The translations under genes and the position numbers were made by a program. 30,020 nt of DNA from Candidatus Hydrogenedentota bacterium (GTDB lineage: Bacteria; Hydrogenedentota; Hydrogenedentia; Hydrogenedentales; SLHB01), in the NCBI GenBank assembly GCA_045863335.1, contig BTVY01000058.1, positions 1-30,020 of the forward strand, in the 5' to 3' direction. Under the pieces are notes generated by a model. The model searched no databases and was not told the DNA's origin. It worked only from the letters and a program-made list of their open reading frames with translations. Below, one piece after another: positions 15,577-25,633 of the stretch; position 1 is the first letter of the stretch, and the number at the start of each line of letters is the position of its first letter.

Positions 15577-18500
15577 ATGAGCATTCCAGGCGCCATCTGC
15601 ATTCTTCTGGCCTGTGCCGCTGCGGTAAACGCCGAATCTTTCATAGACCCAACTACCGAGGGCCGCTTCGATCGCGCCTTCAACGCCTCGCAATCCGCTG
15701 GCGCCACCGTTGAAGCCGCAGGTCTCGATGCCTACGCGGATCCGCCGCTCACCGTGGAGTTCTGGGCCAGAGCCGATTCCGCGAGCGGCTTCAACATCTT
15801 CCTTTCCTACGGCCCGAAGGAGAACCCGGCCCACTGGGAAGCCTACACCTACAGCGGCACAGGCGAATTCAGCGTCTACGTGCCCGGCGCTGCGCCCGCC
15901 GATATTCGCTCCGGCATAAACGTGGCGGACGGCGCCTGGCACTACCTCGCGTTCACCCTGGATGACAATACGGTTCGACTCTACGTAGACGGGCGGCTCG
16001 CGACGGAACAAGCAGTCACATACAGCGCAGAACGATCGACACAACCGGTTCAACCGCTCTTCGTGGGGCGCGTCGAAAGCGCAAACCATCCGCCGCTCGG
16101 ATGCGACGGAGCCGTCGACGAAATCCGAATCTCGAACGTAGTTCGCGAAATTTCCGGCGTCCCCGATCAGCCCTTTACCGCGGACGCGTCGACCGTCGGT
16201 CTATGGCGCTTCGATATCGACGCGCAATCCGACACCATCCCCGACGCGTCTCAATCCAACAACGCCTTCTATCTCACCCGCGTCCTGCGGCGTTCCATGG
16301 ACGCCGCCGATCTGCTCGCGTTCAATCCGGCCCCCGCGCCGATGGACGGTCCGTACACCGACGTGAAGTTGAAGCGCGGAGGAAGCATTGCCATTCCGCT
16401 GTCGCGAACACTTGACCTCTCCGGTGAATGGCAATTGGCGGAAGGCGGCGCTGACGTAGCTCGCCTCGCGCAACCTTGGGACGACGCCATCCCTGCCGCA
16501 GTTCCCGGTAGCGTGCACACCGCCCTCGTAAAGGCTGGTCGCATCCCCGATCCGTACTTTGGACTCAACGACGCGATAGCCCGCGAACAGAGCTTCAAGA
16601 CGTGGTGGTACAAGAAGACCTTTGCGCGGCCGGACGGACTGGAACAGGCGCGCCTGATCTTCGACGGCGTCGCGATTCAATGCCAGGTCTGGCTCAACGG
16701 TCAGTTCCTCGGCAGCCACAACGGCATGTTCGGCGGACCCTTCTTCGACGTCACCGAACTGCTGCGCCCGCAGAACACACTGATCGTGAAACTGGACCCC
16801 GCGCCCCACACGGACACCGGCATCCACGGCAACAACCAGGCGTGGCGTACCACCGTCGTCTTCAACAACTGCTGGGGCTGGCACTACTCGAACATCCCCC
16901 AGGCCGGAATCTGGCGCGACGTGCGGCTCGAGGAAATTCCCAAGGTACAGGTGCGCGATCCCTTCATCGCGACCCGTTCCGCGGCTGAGGGCCTCATGGA
17001 CCTGCACGTCGCGCTGCACGGTCCGCTTGAAGGATTCACCGGCACGCTCGATTGCGCCATCTCGGGCGAAACCTTTGAAGGACCCACGTACCGTTTCTCT
17101 CGCGAGGTAGCGTCCAACACCGCCATCCGCAGCGAACGCTTCCGCTTCGCCATTCCGGATCCGCAACTCTGGTGGCCCAACGATCTCGGCGCTCATCCCC
17201 TGTATCGCCTTCATGTTCGGTTCGTGGACGAGGATGGTGAATCCGCCAGCGCCGCCACGACGACCTTCGGCATCCGCACCGTCCGCATGGCGCCCTTGCC
17301 GCAAGGGCCATCTTCGGACAAGTACAACTGGACCTTCGTCATCAACGACCGGCCCATCTTCGTGAAAGGCAACGGCTGGTGCACCATGGACACGCTCATG
17401 GATTTCTCCCGCGAGCGCTACGCGCGCCTCGTGGAACTTGCCGAAAGCCAACACATCCAGATGTTCCGCGCCTGGGGCAGTGGCATGCCGGAGACGGCTG
17501 ACTTCTTCGACCTCTGCGATCGCCACGGCATCATGGTCCTGCAAGAGTGGCCCACTGCCTGGAACAGCCACGCCGAGCAACCCTACGAGATTCTCGAAGA
17601 GACCGTGCGTTTGAATACGGTCCGTCTCCGAAACCACCCTTCGCTCGTCATGTGGGGCGCCGGCAATGAATCGAGCCAACCCGTGGGACCCGCCATCGAC
17701 ATGATGGGACGTCTCAGCGTGGAACTCGACGGCACACGCCCCTTTCATCGCGCGGAACCCTGGGGTGGCAGTCTGCACAATTACGATTGCTACTGGGGAC
17801 GCGCGCCCCTCGACCGCAATCTTTCGTTGACCGCCAACTTCATCGGCGAGTTCGGCTTGGCGAACATGCCGTCGCTGGAGAGTGTCTTGCGGTACCTGCC
17901 GGAAGCGGAGCGGGGGACATGGCCGCCTTCACCGGACGGCGCGCTCGCCCACCACACGCCCATCTTCAACACCGCGCAAGACATGGAGCGATTGACCCAG
18001 TACTCCGCCTACTTCGCGCCGCAAGACAGCCTGGAGCAGTTCATCATCGGCTCCCAGTTGTCCCAGGCCACCGGCGTCCGTCACGCCCTTGAATTGAATC
18101 GTACGCGGTGGCCGGACACGACAGGCGTCCTCTACTACAAGATGAACGACAACTACCCCGCCGCCTCGTGGTCCTGCGCGGACTGGTATGGTGTTCCGAA
18201 GATTGGCCACTACATCTTTCAGGACAGCTTCGCGCCGCTTCTCGCGTGCGTGTTGTTCGATACGCTTAATCCCGCGGGCGCTGCGGCAAGTTTGCCGGTA
18301 TACCTTCTGGACGATACCGATCGATTGAGAGGGGAGAGGTGGTCCGTCCTTGTGCGCGCCTTCGACCAATCGCTGCAGGAGATCAAGCGCGCCGAGTTCA
18401 ACGGCGACAACGGCATTGACCGGGTTCATCGCCTTGGGGAATTCGCACTAACGGCAAAAGAAACGGCAACCACGCCGCTTCTGATCGTCTCGGAAGTCCA

Positions 18501-18807
18501 TATTGCCGACGCGCTCGCCCAGCGGACGTTTTACTGGACCAACTACGAAGCCGAGCAAGGCTGCCTGTTCACCTTGCCACCAACCTCGCTGAACGTCCGC
18601 GCGGAAGACGACGCGCTGATCATCGCCAACACCGGCGCCGTCCCCGCTGTCGGCGTGCATTTGCGTTGCCCCACCGCGTCCGACAAACTGCTTGCAAGCG
18701 ACGGCTACTTCTGGCTGGACCCCGGCGAGGAGCGCCGCGTCACCGTCAATAGGTTCGACGGCGTATCCTGTGCCGCATGGAATGCCGTCGAGGAGGCGCC
18801 TCATTAG
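15577..18807 (+). CDS. Secreted LamG-domain glycoside hydrolase family 2 (beta-mannosidase-like)
   Basis: ATG 15577 after GGGGGA; Sec signal; N-terminal LamG. GH2 motifs LDLSGEW, VPGSV, LWWPN, FGIRTV, FRAWGSG, DLCDRHGI, RLRNHPSLVMWGAGNE (acid/base), IGEFG (nucleophile). Confidence 0.92.
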   Translation: MSIPGAICILLACAAAVNAESFIDPTTEGRFDRAFNASQSAGATVEAAGLDAYADPPLTVEFWARADSASGFNIFLSYGPKENPAHWEAYTYSGTGEFSVYVPGAAPADIRSGINVADGAWHYLAFTLDDNTVRLYVDGRLATEQAVTYSAERSTQPVQPLFVGRVESANHPPLGCDGAVDEIRISNVVREISGVPDQPFTADASTVGLWRFDIDAQSDTIPDASQSNNAFYLTRVLRRSMDAADLLAFNPAPAPMDGPYTDVKLKRGGSIAIPLSRTLDLSGEWQLAEGGADVARLAQPWDDAIPAAVPGSVHTALVKAGRIPDPYFGLNDAIAREQSFKTWWYKKTFARPDGLEQARLIFDGVAIQCQVWLNGQFLGSHNGMFGGPFFDVTELLRPQNTLIVKLDPAPHTDTGIHGNNQAWRTTVVFNNCWGWHYSNIPQAGIWRDVRLEEIPKVQVRDPFIATRSAAEGLMDLHVALHGPLEGFTGTLDCAISGETFEGPTYRFSREVASNTAIRSERFRFAIPDPQLWWPNDLGAHPLYRLHVRFVDEDGESASAATTTFGIRTVRMAPLPQGPSSDKYNWTFVINDRPIFVKGNGWCTMDTLMDFSRERYARLVELAESQHIQMFRAWGSGMPETADFFDLCDRHGIMVLQEWPTAWNSHAEQPYEILEETVRLNTVRLRNHPSLVMWGAGNESSQPVGPAIDMMGRLSVELDGTRPFHRAEPWGGSLHNYDCYWGRAPLDRNLSLTANFIGEFGLANMPSLESVLRYLPEAERGTWPPSPDGALAHHTPIFNTAQDMERLTQYSAYFAPQDSLEQFIIGSQLSQATGVRHALELNRTRWPDTTGVLYYKMNDNYPAASWSCADWYGVPKIGHYIFQDSFAPLLACVLFDTLNPAGAAASLPVYLLDDTDRLRGERWSVLVRAFDQSLQEIKRAEFNGDNGIDRVHRLGEFALTAKETATTPLLIVSEVHIADALAQRTFYWTNYEAEQGCLFTLPPTSLNVRAEDDALIIANTGAVPAVGVHLRCPTASDKLLASDGYFWLDPGEERRVTVNRFDGVSCAAWNAVEEAPH

Positions 18808-18914
18808 TCCATCTATCGCCGAAGTGTGGAGACATTCGCATGGCTCAGGTGACTGAACTCCAGCGTCTGAACCTTGAGTCTTTACTTGAAGTTTTTGCGT
18901 AAGGCATTCTTCAA

Positions 18915-18950
18915 AATCCCCCTTGAAGGGGGATTTAGTGGGATGTTCTC
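18915..18950 (+). repeat. REP-like family A repeat, copy 4 (degenerate)
   Basis: AATCCCCCTTGAAGGGGGATTTAGTGGGATGTTCTC. Confidence 0.75.
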
Positions 18951-19039
18951 TCAGGTGCCGGTTCAGAATGTAAAACGAAGTCGAACTCAACGCACTAGCG
19001 TCCAATCGGAAAAGGACTCGAACCACAGGGGAGAACGCC

Positions 19040-21124
19040 ATGATCGGAAGGCGACGTTTTCTCGGCTACTGCACCGGCGCGAGCCTGTCCATGCTATTTC
19101 CTGCCATGTCCGGAGCCACATCCCGTGAGGGCGTCCCGGAAGTATTTCCGCCCCTGCCGCTACCCAAGCGACTGCTCGCAGTCTCCATGGCGCCCGGCCT
19201 TCCCTTAGATGAACGCGTCCTGGTCACCTCGCTACAAGGCTTGGTAAATCGCCGCCAACCCGAAATCTACTTCGTCCAGGATGAAACCGATGCCCACTGG
19301 CTCAGGTACTACGGCGAGCGTTACGGCATCGGCCACGATTCACTTGATAATACCGACCGCTTGCTCGAATCCTTCGCGGAACGCGCCTCCGGCTACGTGG
19401 TCTACGACGACGCCATGCTGGACTCCGCCAACGTGGCCGTATCCATGTCCGGCGTCTGGAGCGTGCTCCCCGTGTCGCAACGTCTCGTTCCGCGCATGCG
19501 GGACATGGGTCTCAAAGAACTCGACAATTTAACCGGACGCTGGGAGAACCGCTATCAAGCCTATCGATGGGCGCTGGACCACGTCTTCCCGTATTGCAGT
19601 CCCAACCTGCTCGGCGCGGTCTGCGTGGATTTGCCCCACTGGCCCAGCGACTCCAACTACCACTACGACTACCTCGCGGCTCAGCGCATGTTCACCTTCG
19701 ATCTTTCGGCGCGCGTGCGCGACCGCGAAGACGTTGCGCTCTTCCACGAGATCTGCGAACGCACGGAAGGCTTCGGTTGCATTATGGGCTGGCGCTGCAC
19801 GCGCTGTCCCGAGCACGAGTTCGTGGCACTCGCCGCGCGCCACAACCTCGGCGTGCTGTGCTGCCTCTCCACGCGCAACCTCACGGTTCACGCTGCGATA
19901 CCCCAGGCGGATGAGCCTTACGAACAAAAACACCGCACGCCGGAGCGAGCGCGCAACGCGGAAGACAAGGTCTATATCTCCTTCATCAACACCGACGGCG
20001 ACGCCACGTGGAGCATGTTGCAGGTCCACTCCGGCCGCGCATTCGACCCCGAGTACGGCACACTCCCGTATTCCTGGGGCATCCTGCCCTACGCATGGGA
20101 TCTGATGCCCGGCGTCCTCCGGTATATGTACGAGACGAAGACGCGGAACGACTACTTCTTCGCCGCTTCGGCGGGCGCGTTGTACACCTACCCACACCTG
20201 CTGCCAGACCCGCGCGCCTACCTCGAACTCACGCGCCATTACATGGACAAGACCGGAGTGAACATCCCCTACTTCACGAACTGGGATGACGACCACTGGT
20301 GGCAGGAAGTCGAGTTGCCCAGCTTCGTCGATCTTGCGCGCGAAGAGTTGCCCGATGCCCTCGGCTTCGTGCGCGGCATGGGCGAGTCGGCGTTTGAACG
20401 GCACTTCCTCGACGGCGGCGCGCCGTACATCTACTGCGGCGAAGGTATTCATCGCGATTCCGACGTCTATCAGACCTTGAAAGACTTCATCGATGCGAAC
20501 CCCATCCGGCCCCTCTTCATCTGTTGCATCAACAATCACACGGTGAAACTCGACCAATACACAAACGCGATCTCCCGGTTGGCATCCGAAGTAGAACTCG
20601 TCAATCTCGATGAGCTCATGTCCATGATTCGCGCCGCGCGCGCGAACGGACAAATTCCATCTGACGATCTCTACCCCGACAAATCCGCGCTCGCCGAATT
20701 GCTCCGTTCCGAGGCACGAAGCGGATGGGAGAGCCTCTGCGAAGGAATCCTCCAGCGGGCCGAGCGCGCGCGTCTGACGGAGCAAGAATTCGTCGCGCAG
20801 AACAACGATCCCGTCGTCGCCCTCATCCTGGAACGCTCATCCACGCCACCCGCCGACATCGTCGCCTTCGATGCCATCTATGATGCCATGTTCCTCACGC
20901 GCGCCGCCCTGAACCTGCGCGGCATCTACGTCAATGAGAAGGCCAAAGGCGTTCGCGATTTCCTCGAGACCTTCCGCGACGTACCCGATGCGGGCCTCAT
21001 CCGCGAACTCTGGGAACTCTGGCTCCACTGGCACGAGACTCCCATGACGTATGACCGGGCCTGTGGGTATGCCGTACGGGTGGGTGAACTCACGCGCGTG
21101 CTCTCAGACACGTTGGGTGCGTGA
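19040..21124 (+). CDS. Tat-exported GxGYxYP-family-like putative glycoside hydrolase with C-terminal helical extension
   Basis: RBS AGGGGAG; GRRRFL Tat-like motif; SLQGLVNRRQPEIY, GYVVYD, IMGW, YISFINTDGD, and SAGALYTYP (variant of GxGYxYP). Confidence 0.75.
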   Translation: MIGRRRFLGYCTGASLSMLFPAMSGATSREGVPEVFPPLPLPKRLLAVSMAPGLPLDERVLVTSLQGLVNRRQPEIYFVQDETDAHWLRYYGERYGIGHDSLDNTDRLLESFAERASGYVVYDDAMLDSANVAVSMSGVWSVLPVSQRLVPRMRDMGLKELDNLTGRWENRYQAYRWALDHVFPYCSPNLLGAVCVDLPHWPSDSNYHYDYLAAQRMFTFDLSARVRDREDVALFHEICERTEGFGCIMGWRCTRCPEHEFVALAARHNLGVLCCLSTRNLTVHAAIPQADEPYEQKHRTPERARNAEDKVYISFINTDGDATWSMLQVHSGRAFDPEYGTLPYSWGILPYAWDLMPGVLRYMYETKTRNDYFFAASAGALYTYPHLLPDPRAYLELTRHYMDKTGVNIPYFTNWDDDHWWQEVELPSFVDLAREELPDALGFVRGMGESAFERHFLDGGAPYIYCGEGIHRDSDVYQTLKDFIDANPIRPLFICCINNHTVKLDQYTNAISRLASEVELVNLDELMSMIRAARANGQIPSDDLYPDKSALAELLRSEARSGWESLCEGILQRAERARLTEQEFVAQNNDPVVALILERSSTPPADIVAFDAIYDAMFLTRAALNLRGIYVNEKAKGVRDFLETFRDVPDAGLIRELWELWLHWHETPMTYDRACGYAVRVGELTRVLSDTLGA

Positions 21125-21152
21125 TGGCGCGAGAGCTTGGTTCAGCGAATTC

Positions 21153-24100
21153 TCAGGCGCTATCGGTCTGGGCCGCCCCAGTTGGTTGCTCATCCTGCTG
21201 GAGCGCTTGTGCCGCCTTCAGGTGAACCGTTCGTAAACACGTCGGCAAGAGGATCGTGATGGGCGCAGACAACAAGGTGCCAAATCCAAGCGCGATCGCC
21301 ATCGGCACGAGGAACCTTGCCTGGCTCGACGTTTCAAAAATCATCGGCGCGAGACCCGCGAAGGTCGTCAACGATGTCAGCAGAATCGGCCGGAAGCGCC
21401 TGCGGCCCGCCGCCACGACCGCCTCTTCGACCGTAATGTGACGCTTCATCATCAGGTAGTTGATTTCCTGGTTGAGCACGAGCCCGCCATTCACGACAAG
21501 CCCCGAAAGGGCAATCATCCCAAACACGCTAACAATGGAGAGGTCGTAGCCGAGGATGATGTGCCCCAACAACGCCGCTCCCGCACCGAAGGGGATGGTC
21601 ATCATGACAATGAGCGCCTGTACGTAGCTGCGGAACAAGGCGGCAAGCAAGGCAAACGTGACCAGCATGGCGATGGCCAGGCCCGTCTTGAGTTCGTCCA
21701 TCGCGCGGCTTTCTTCGCGCTGCCGGCCGCTGAATTCGTACGTGAGTCCGTGAAAATCGGTCTCGAGCTGCGGCAGGATCTCCGATTCCAGCCCCGCGCG
21801 GATCTCATTGATGTTGGCGATCTCCGGAATCGTGTTACACGTCACGTTGATGATTCGCTGGCCGTCAACGCGATTGATCTCCGTGAACGACCGCGACGTG
21901 TGAAGCCGCGCCACCTGTCCCAAGGGGGCTTCCGCTCCCGATGGCGTGCGAATCATCAGGTCTTCCACGTTCGCCAACGACCTCCGCTCGCCCGACGGGA
22001 GCCGAACCATTACCTTGACCTCATGTCGGCCCCGCTGAAATCGCATCGCCTCCGCGCCGTAAAAGGCATGGCGCACCTGCCGCCCCACATACTCCGGCGT
22101 AAGCCCGAGCGAACGGCCTTCCTCCGTCAGATCCACCTCCAGTTGCAGTTTCCCCGAGCTGAATCCGTCTTTGATATCGGAAACACCGTTGAACGTGGCA
22201 AGCTGCGCCGCCAACACGGTCGCCGCTTTTTCCAAGGTGTCCCGATTGGAATGGGAAAGCTCCACGGTGAGTCCCGCGCCGCTTCCCGGACCTTCCTCCC
22301 ATTCGTAGTAGAGGGATTTCAAGCCCGCGACGACGCCAACCTCTTCCCGCCAGAGTTCCGCGAACTCGCCTTCCGTGAAGTTGCGTTCGTCCGCCGGCAC
22401 GAGATAAAAATTCACATCGGCCCAGTTCTCGCCGCGGCGTCCCACTACGTTCATCCGCCCCGAAAGCACCTTGTCACGGCCACCCATTCGGTCCGCGGCC
22501 CGAAGCCCCGCTTCTTCGACATGGTTTGCGATTCGGACGGTATCCGCGAACGCCGAGCCCACGGGGGTTTGCACTTCCGCGTCAACCCGCAATCCGGTAA
22601 TCACCGGGGTGAACGTATAGTGCATGCGCCCGCTGAAATACCACGCCAGGATCACCGCGAGCCCGCCAAACATGAGGCTTAAGGTAAGTATCCGCCAATG
22701 CACCGCCTGCCGCAGGAGGGGAACGACGACGAAGTCGGTGAAGGACTCAAACAAATTCGAGACCCGCCGTTGGCCGCGACTTAGCAGCGCGTTCAGGCCG
22801 CGTTCCCTTCCCGATTCCCGGCCGTGACCCAAGTGGGCAGGAAGAATGAACAACGCCTCAACGAGCGACACCACGAAGACCGCAATCACCACGGCCGGCA
22901 AGGGCGCAAAGAAGCGTCCATTCTCCCCCGGTACGAACATGAGCGGCACAAACGCAATGATGTTCGTCAACACCGCGAAAATGACCGGCACGATCATCTG
23001 GCGGCTGCCTTCAATGGCCGCTTGAAGTCGCCGCTGCCCCGATTGGATGTTGTGAAACACATTCTCGCCCACGATCACAGCGTCGTCCACCACAATGCCG
23101 AGCGTGATAATGAAGGCGAAGAGCGAGATCATATTGATGCTCGCCCCCAGGAAGGGAAGCAGCAGCAGCGCCCCCGCAATCGTAGTCGGAATTCCAACCG
23201 CCACCCAGAATGCGAGGCGGGGCTCCAGGAACAACCCCAACACGCACAGCACCAACAACAGCCCAATCCCGCCGTTCTTCACCAAAAGATACAGCCGGTC
23301 CCGGTACTGCTCCGCGTAGTCGCGCAGGATTCGCACGCCCACGCCCGGCGGTAGATCCTTCTCCAGTTCCGCGAGGTAGGCGTTCACCGCTTCCGCGATC
23401 TCGAGCGGTTTGCCATCGCCCGTCTCGTAGATGCTCAGAAAGATCCCGTTGCCGCCGTTGAACCGGTTCAGCAGCGGCCGGTCCTCAAATCCGTCACGAA
23501 TTGTTGCCACATCCCGTACGCGAATGTCCGTTCCCGAATCGTCCGAGAGGAGCACGATGTCGCTGTACTCGCTGGCGAAATCCCGCCGCTCTCGCGTGCT
23601 CAACAATACTTCGCCCGCGGACGTCTGCACGCCCCCCGCCGGCACGTCTCGCGCGGACTCGTTGATCGTCTCGGCAACTTCGCCCAAGGTGAGCCCGAGT
23701 GAACGGAGTTTCGCCTGCGGTATCTCGATGTGGATTTCGGGGTCCCGCTCCATGCGAACTTCCACGTGACTCACCGCCGGAAGCGCAAGCAAATCCCGCC
23801 GGATTCGCTCCGACAGGTCAAATATCTGGCGTTCCGTAAGCGGACCGTACACCACCATCCACATGACGCTGGACTGCTCCTGCTGCAAACCCAGCGTCGG
23901 CCGTTCGGCGTCGTCCGGAAAAAAACTGATGCTGTCGACCGCATTGTTGATGTCTTGCAGCGCGCGATTGGGATCCACCCCTTCGATCAATTCCACCTGA
24001 ATCTGTGCGCGCCCTTCACTCGCCGTCGCGACGACCCGCTCAACCACGTCGAGGTCGAGAATCTCCTCTTCGATCGGAAGAATCAGTCCGTCTTCGACTT

Positions 24101-24341
24101 CCTCGGGCGGTGAGCCGGGATACGATACCGAGATATCCACGATATCCAACTGGAAACTGGGGTAGACCTCCTGCTTGATGGTGAATGCCGTCGCAAGCCC
24201 CCCCAGAAGCAGCACCATCATGATGATGTTCGACGCGACATGATTGAGCGTCATCCATCGGATGATCGCGAACAATCCTCCGCCCGAACCGGAGTCGTTC
24301 TCCTGGTCCACAGCGAGATTCTGTTGATCCGGTGCCGTCAT
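21153..24341 (-). CDS. RND efflux transporter permease (AcrB/AcrD/AcrF family)
   Basis: 1062 aa; YPGSPPEEVE, INMISL, GIVVDDAVIVGEN, RFRPILLTSLTT, PMAIALGFG; ATGA overlap with the upstream gene at 24338-24341. Confidence 0.96.
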   Translation of the reverse strand: MTAPDQQNLAVDQENDSGSGGGLFAIIRWMTLNHVASNIIMMVLLLGGLATAFTIKQEVYPSFQLDIVDISVSYPGSPPEEVEDGLILPIEEEILDLDVVERVVATASEGRAQIQVELIEGVDPNRALQDINNAVDSISFFPDDAERPTLGLQQEQSSVMWMVVYGPLTERQIFDLSERIRRDLLALPAVSHVEVRMERDPEIHIEIPQAKLRSLGLTLGEVAETINESARDVPAGGVQTSAGEVLLSTRERRDFASEYSDIVLLSDDSGTDIRVRDVATIRDGFEDRPLLNRFNGGNGIFLSIYETGDGKPLEIAEAVNAYLAELEKDLPPGVGVRILRDYAEQYRDRLYLLVKNGGIGLLLVLCVLGLFLEPRLAFWVAVGIPTTIAGALLLLPFLGASINMISLFAFIITLGIVVDDAVIVGENVFHNIQSGQRRLQAAIEGSRQMIVPVIFAVLTNIIAFVPLMFVPGENGRFFAPLPAVVIAVFVVSLVEALFILPAHLGHGRESGRERGLNALLSRGQRRVSNLFESFTDFVVVPLLRQAVHWRILTLSLMFGGLAVILAWYFSGRMHYTFTPVITGLRVDAEVQTPVGSAFADTVRIANHVEEAGLRAADRMGGRDKVLSGRMNVVGRRGENWADVNFYLVPADERNFTEGEFAELWREEVGVVAGLKSLYYEWEEGPGSGAGLTVELSHSNRDTLEKAATVLAAQLATFNGVSDIKDGFSSGKLQLEVDLTEEGRSLGLTPEYVGRQVRHAFYGAEAMRFQRGRHEVKVMVRLPSGERRSLANVEDLMIRTPSGAEAPLGQVARLHTSRSFTEINRVDGQRIINVTCNTIPEIANINEIRAGLESEILPQLETDFHGLTYEFSGRQREESRAMDELKTGLAIAMLVTFALLAALFRSYVQALIVMMTIPFGAGAALLGHIILGYDLSIVSVFGMIALSGLVVNGGLVLNQEINYLMMKRHITVEEAVVAAGRRRFRPILLTSLTTFAGLAPMIFETSSQARFLVPMAIALGFGTLLSAPITILLPTCLRTVHLKAAQALQQDEQPTGAAQTDSA

Positions 24342-25555
24342 GAAACGGTGGTTTCCAGTTCCTGTTTTTCTTCTTCAGTCACTTCGGCGGGCACGCGCAC
24401 CTTCATCCCTGGCACAAGATCTTCGATCGGCGAAACAATGATTTGATCGTCGCTTTGGAACACGTCCTCGATGACGACCGTCTCACCTTCCCGCCAAAGC
24501 TCGATGCCCTCGCGAACCGCCACGCGGTGCTCGGAGTCCATCACCCAGATCTCTCCGTTCTCCCGGACCCCTTCCCGCGGCACCGTGACCCCATGTTCCA
24601 ACGTGCCCGCGTCCAGCAGCGCGCGCACGTAGCTATTAAGCACCAGCGGCGTGTGCCCGGCGACGTCCCCATCGCGATCCATCGGATCCGCGACTTCCAG
24701 GAGCAACTGAGCCATCTTCCCGGAACTGACCTCGCCGAGGTGCCGCACTAACCGCGCAGGCACGCCTAGCGTTTCGTCGTCCTTGGTCAGATCGCTGTAC
24801 ACGCGAACCTTGCCGGTCTGACTCTCTGCGGATTCAAGCAGTGCCCCTAACCGATCCATCGAAACAGACACTTGAACCCAGAAAGTGTCCGCGCCGGCCA
24901 ACATCGCAATGGGCGACCCCGGCGATACGTATTGCCCTTCATCGGCGAACTCGCGCAACACCAGGGAGTCGAACGGCGCGCGAATCTCCGTTCGTCGCAA
25001 ATCCAATTCAGCCTGTTTTACTGCGCTGGTGGCCGATGCGATCTGCGCTTCGGCCTGGCGCAGTTGCGGCTCGCGCAACGCCAGCGATTTTCCCATCTCC
25101 GCGTTGGGCAGGTCCTTCCCAAACAATTCCCACTCGCGTTCGGCCACCATCTGCCGGCCCTTCTCGACTTCCAGTGCCGCTTCCGCTTCGGCCAGCGCGC
25201 CCTGCGCGCGATCGAGAGCAAGCTCGAACTCTTCGGGATCGATACGAAGAAGGACGTCGCCTTCCGGAATGATTCCGCCCGGCTCCAGCGCCTCATGAAT
25301 CTCCGTGACGCGCCCCGACACTTCCGGATAGATTTCCACCTCGCGCGCGGGAAGCACGGTGCCAAACGCTTCAACCGTTCTCGGGACCGCTCCGCGATCC
25401 ACGGGGATGGCTTCCACCACCGGAGCCAGGCGTTCCTCCGCAGTACGCTCAACCTGCGGCGCGGTGGCAAACAACATGACGACCGCTCCGGCGCACGCGC
25501 CGAGCACGGCCATCGGCAGAAGGATCGCGATCGCTTTCATGAACCAGTACTTCAT
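24338..25555 (-). CDS. RND periplasmic adaptor (membrane fusion protein)
   Basis: N-terminal membrane anchor; AFGTV, PEVSGRV, coiled coil, RTEIRAPFD, GQYVSPG, GMKVRV. Confidence 0.93.
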   Translation of the reverse strand: MKYWFMKAIAILLPMAVLGACAGAVVMLFATAPQVERTAEERLAPVVEAIPVDRGAVPRTVEAFGTVLPAREVEIYPEVSGRVTEIHEALEPGGIIPEGDVLLRIDPEEFELALDRAQGALAEAEAALEVEKGRQMVAEREWELFGKDLPNAEMGKSLALREPQLRQAEAQIASATSAVKQAELDLRRTEIRAPFDSLVLREFADEGQYVSPGSPIAMLAGADTFWVQVSVSMDRLGALLESAESQTGKVRVYSDLTKDDETLGVPARLVRHLGEVSSGKMAQLLLEVADPMDRDGDVAGHTPLVLNSYVRALLDAGTLEHGVTVPREGVRENGEIWVMDSEHRVAVREGIELWREGETVVIEDVFQSDDQIIVSPIEDLVPGMKVRVPAEVTEEEKQELETTVS

Positions 25556-25633
25556 TCGAAATTTGCCTCACCTTCGGCCACGGCGTCACCAGGTGCGGCC
25601 AGACAAACCGCGCGCACATGGCTACGCCCATAA

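Noticed and set aside
18866-18967. TCTGAACC/GGTTCAGA 8-bp IR around family A copy 4
   Set aside because: Too short, and no flanking duplication to define an element.
25490-25510. LGAC lipobox in the MFP
   Set aside because: The hydrophobic stretch continues past the Cys (AGAVVMLFAT), which fits an uncleaved membrane anchor better.
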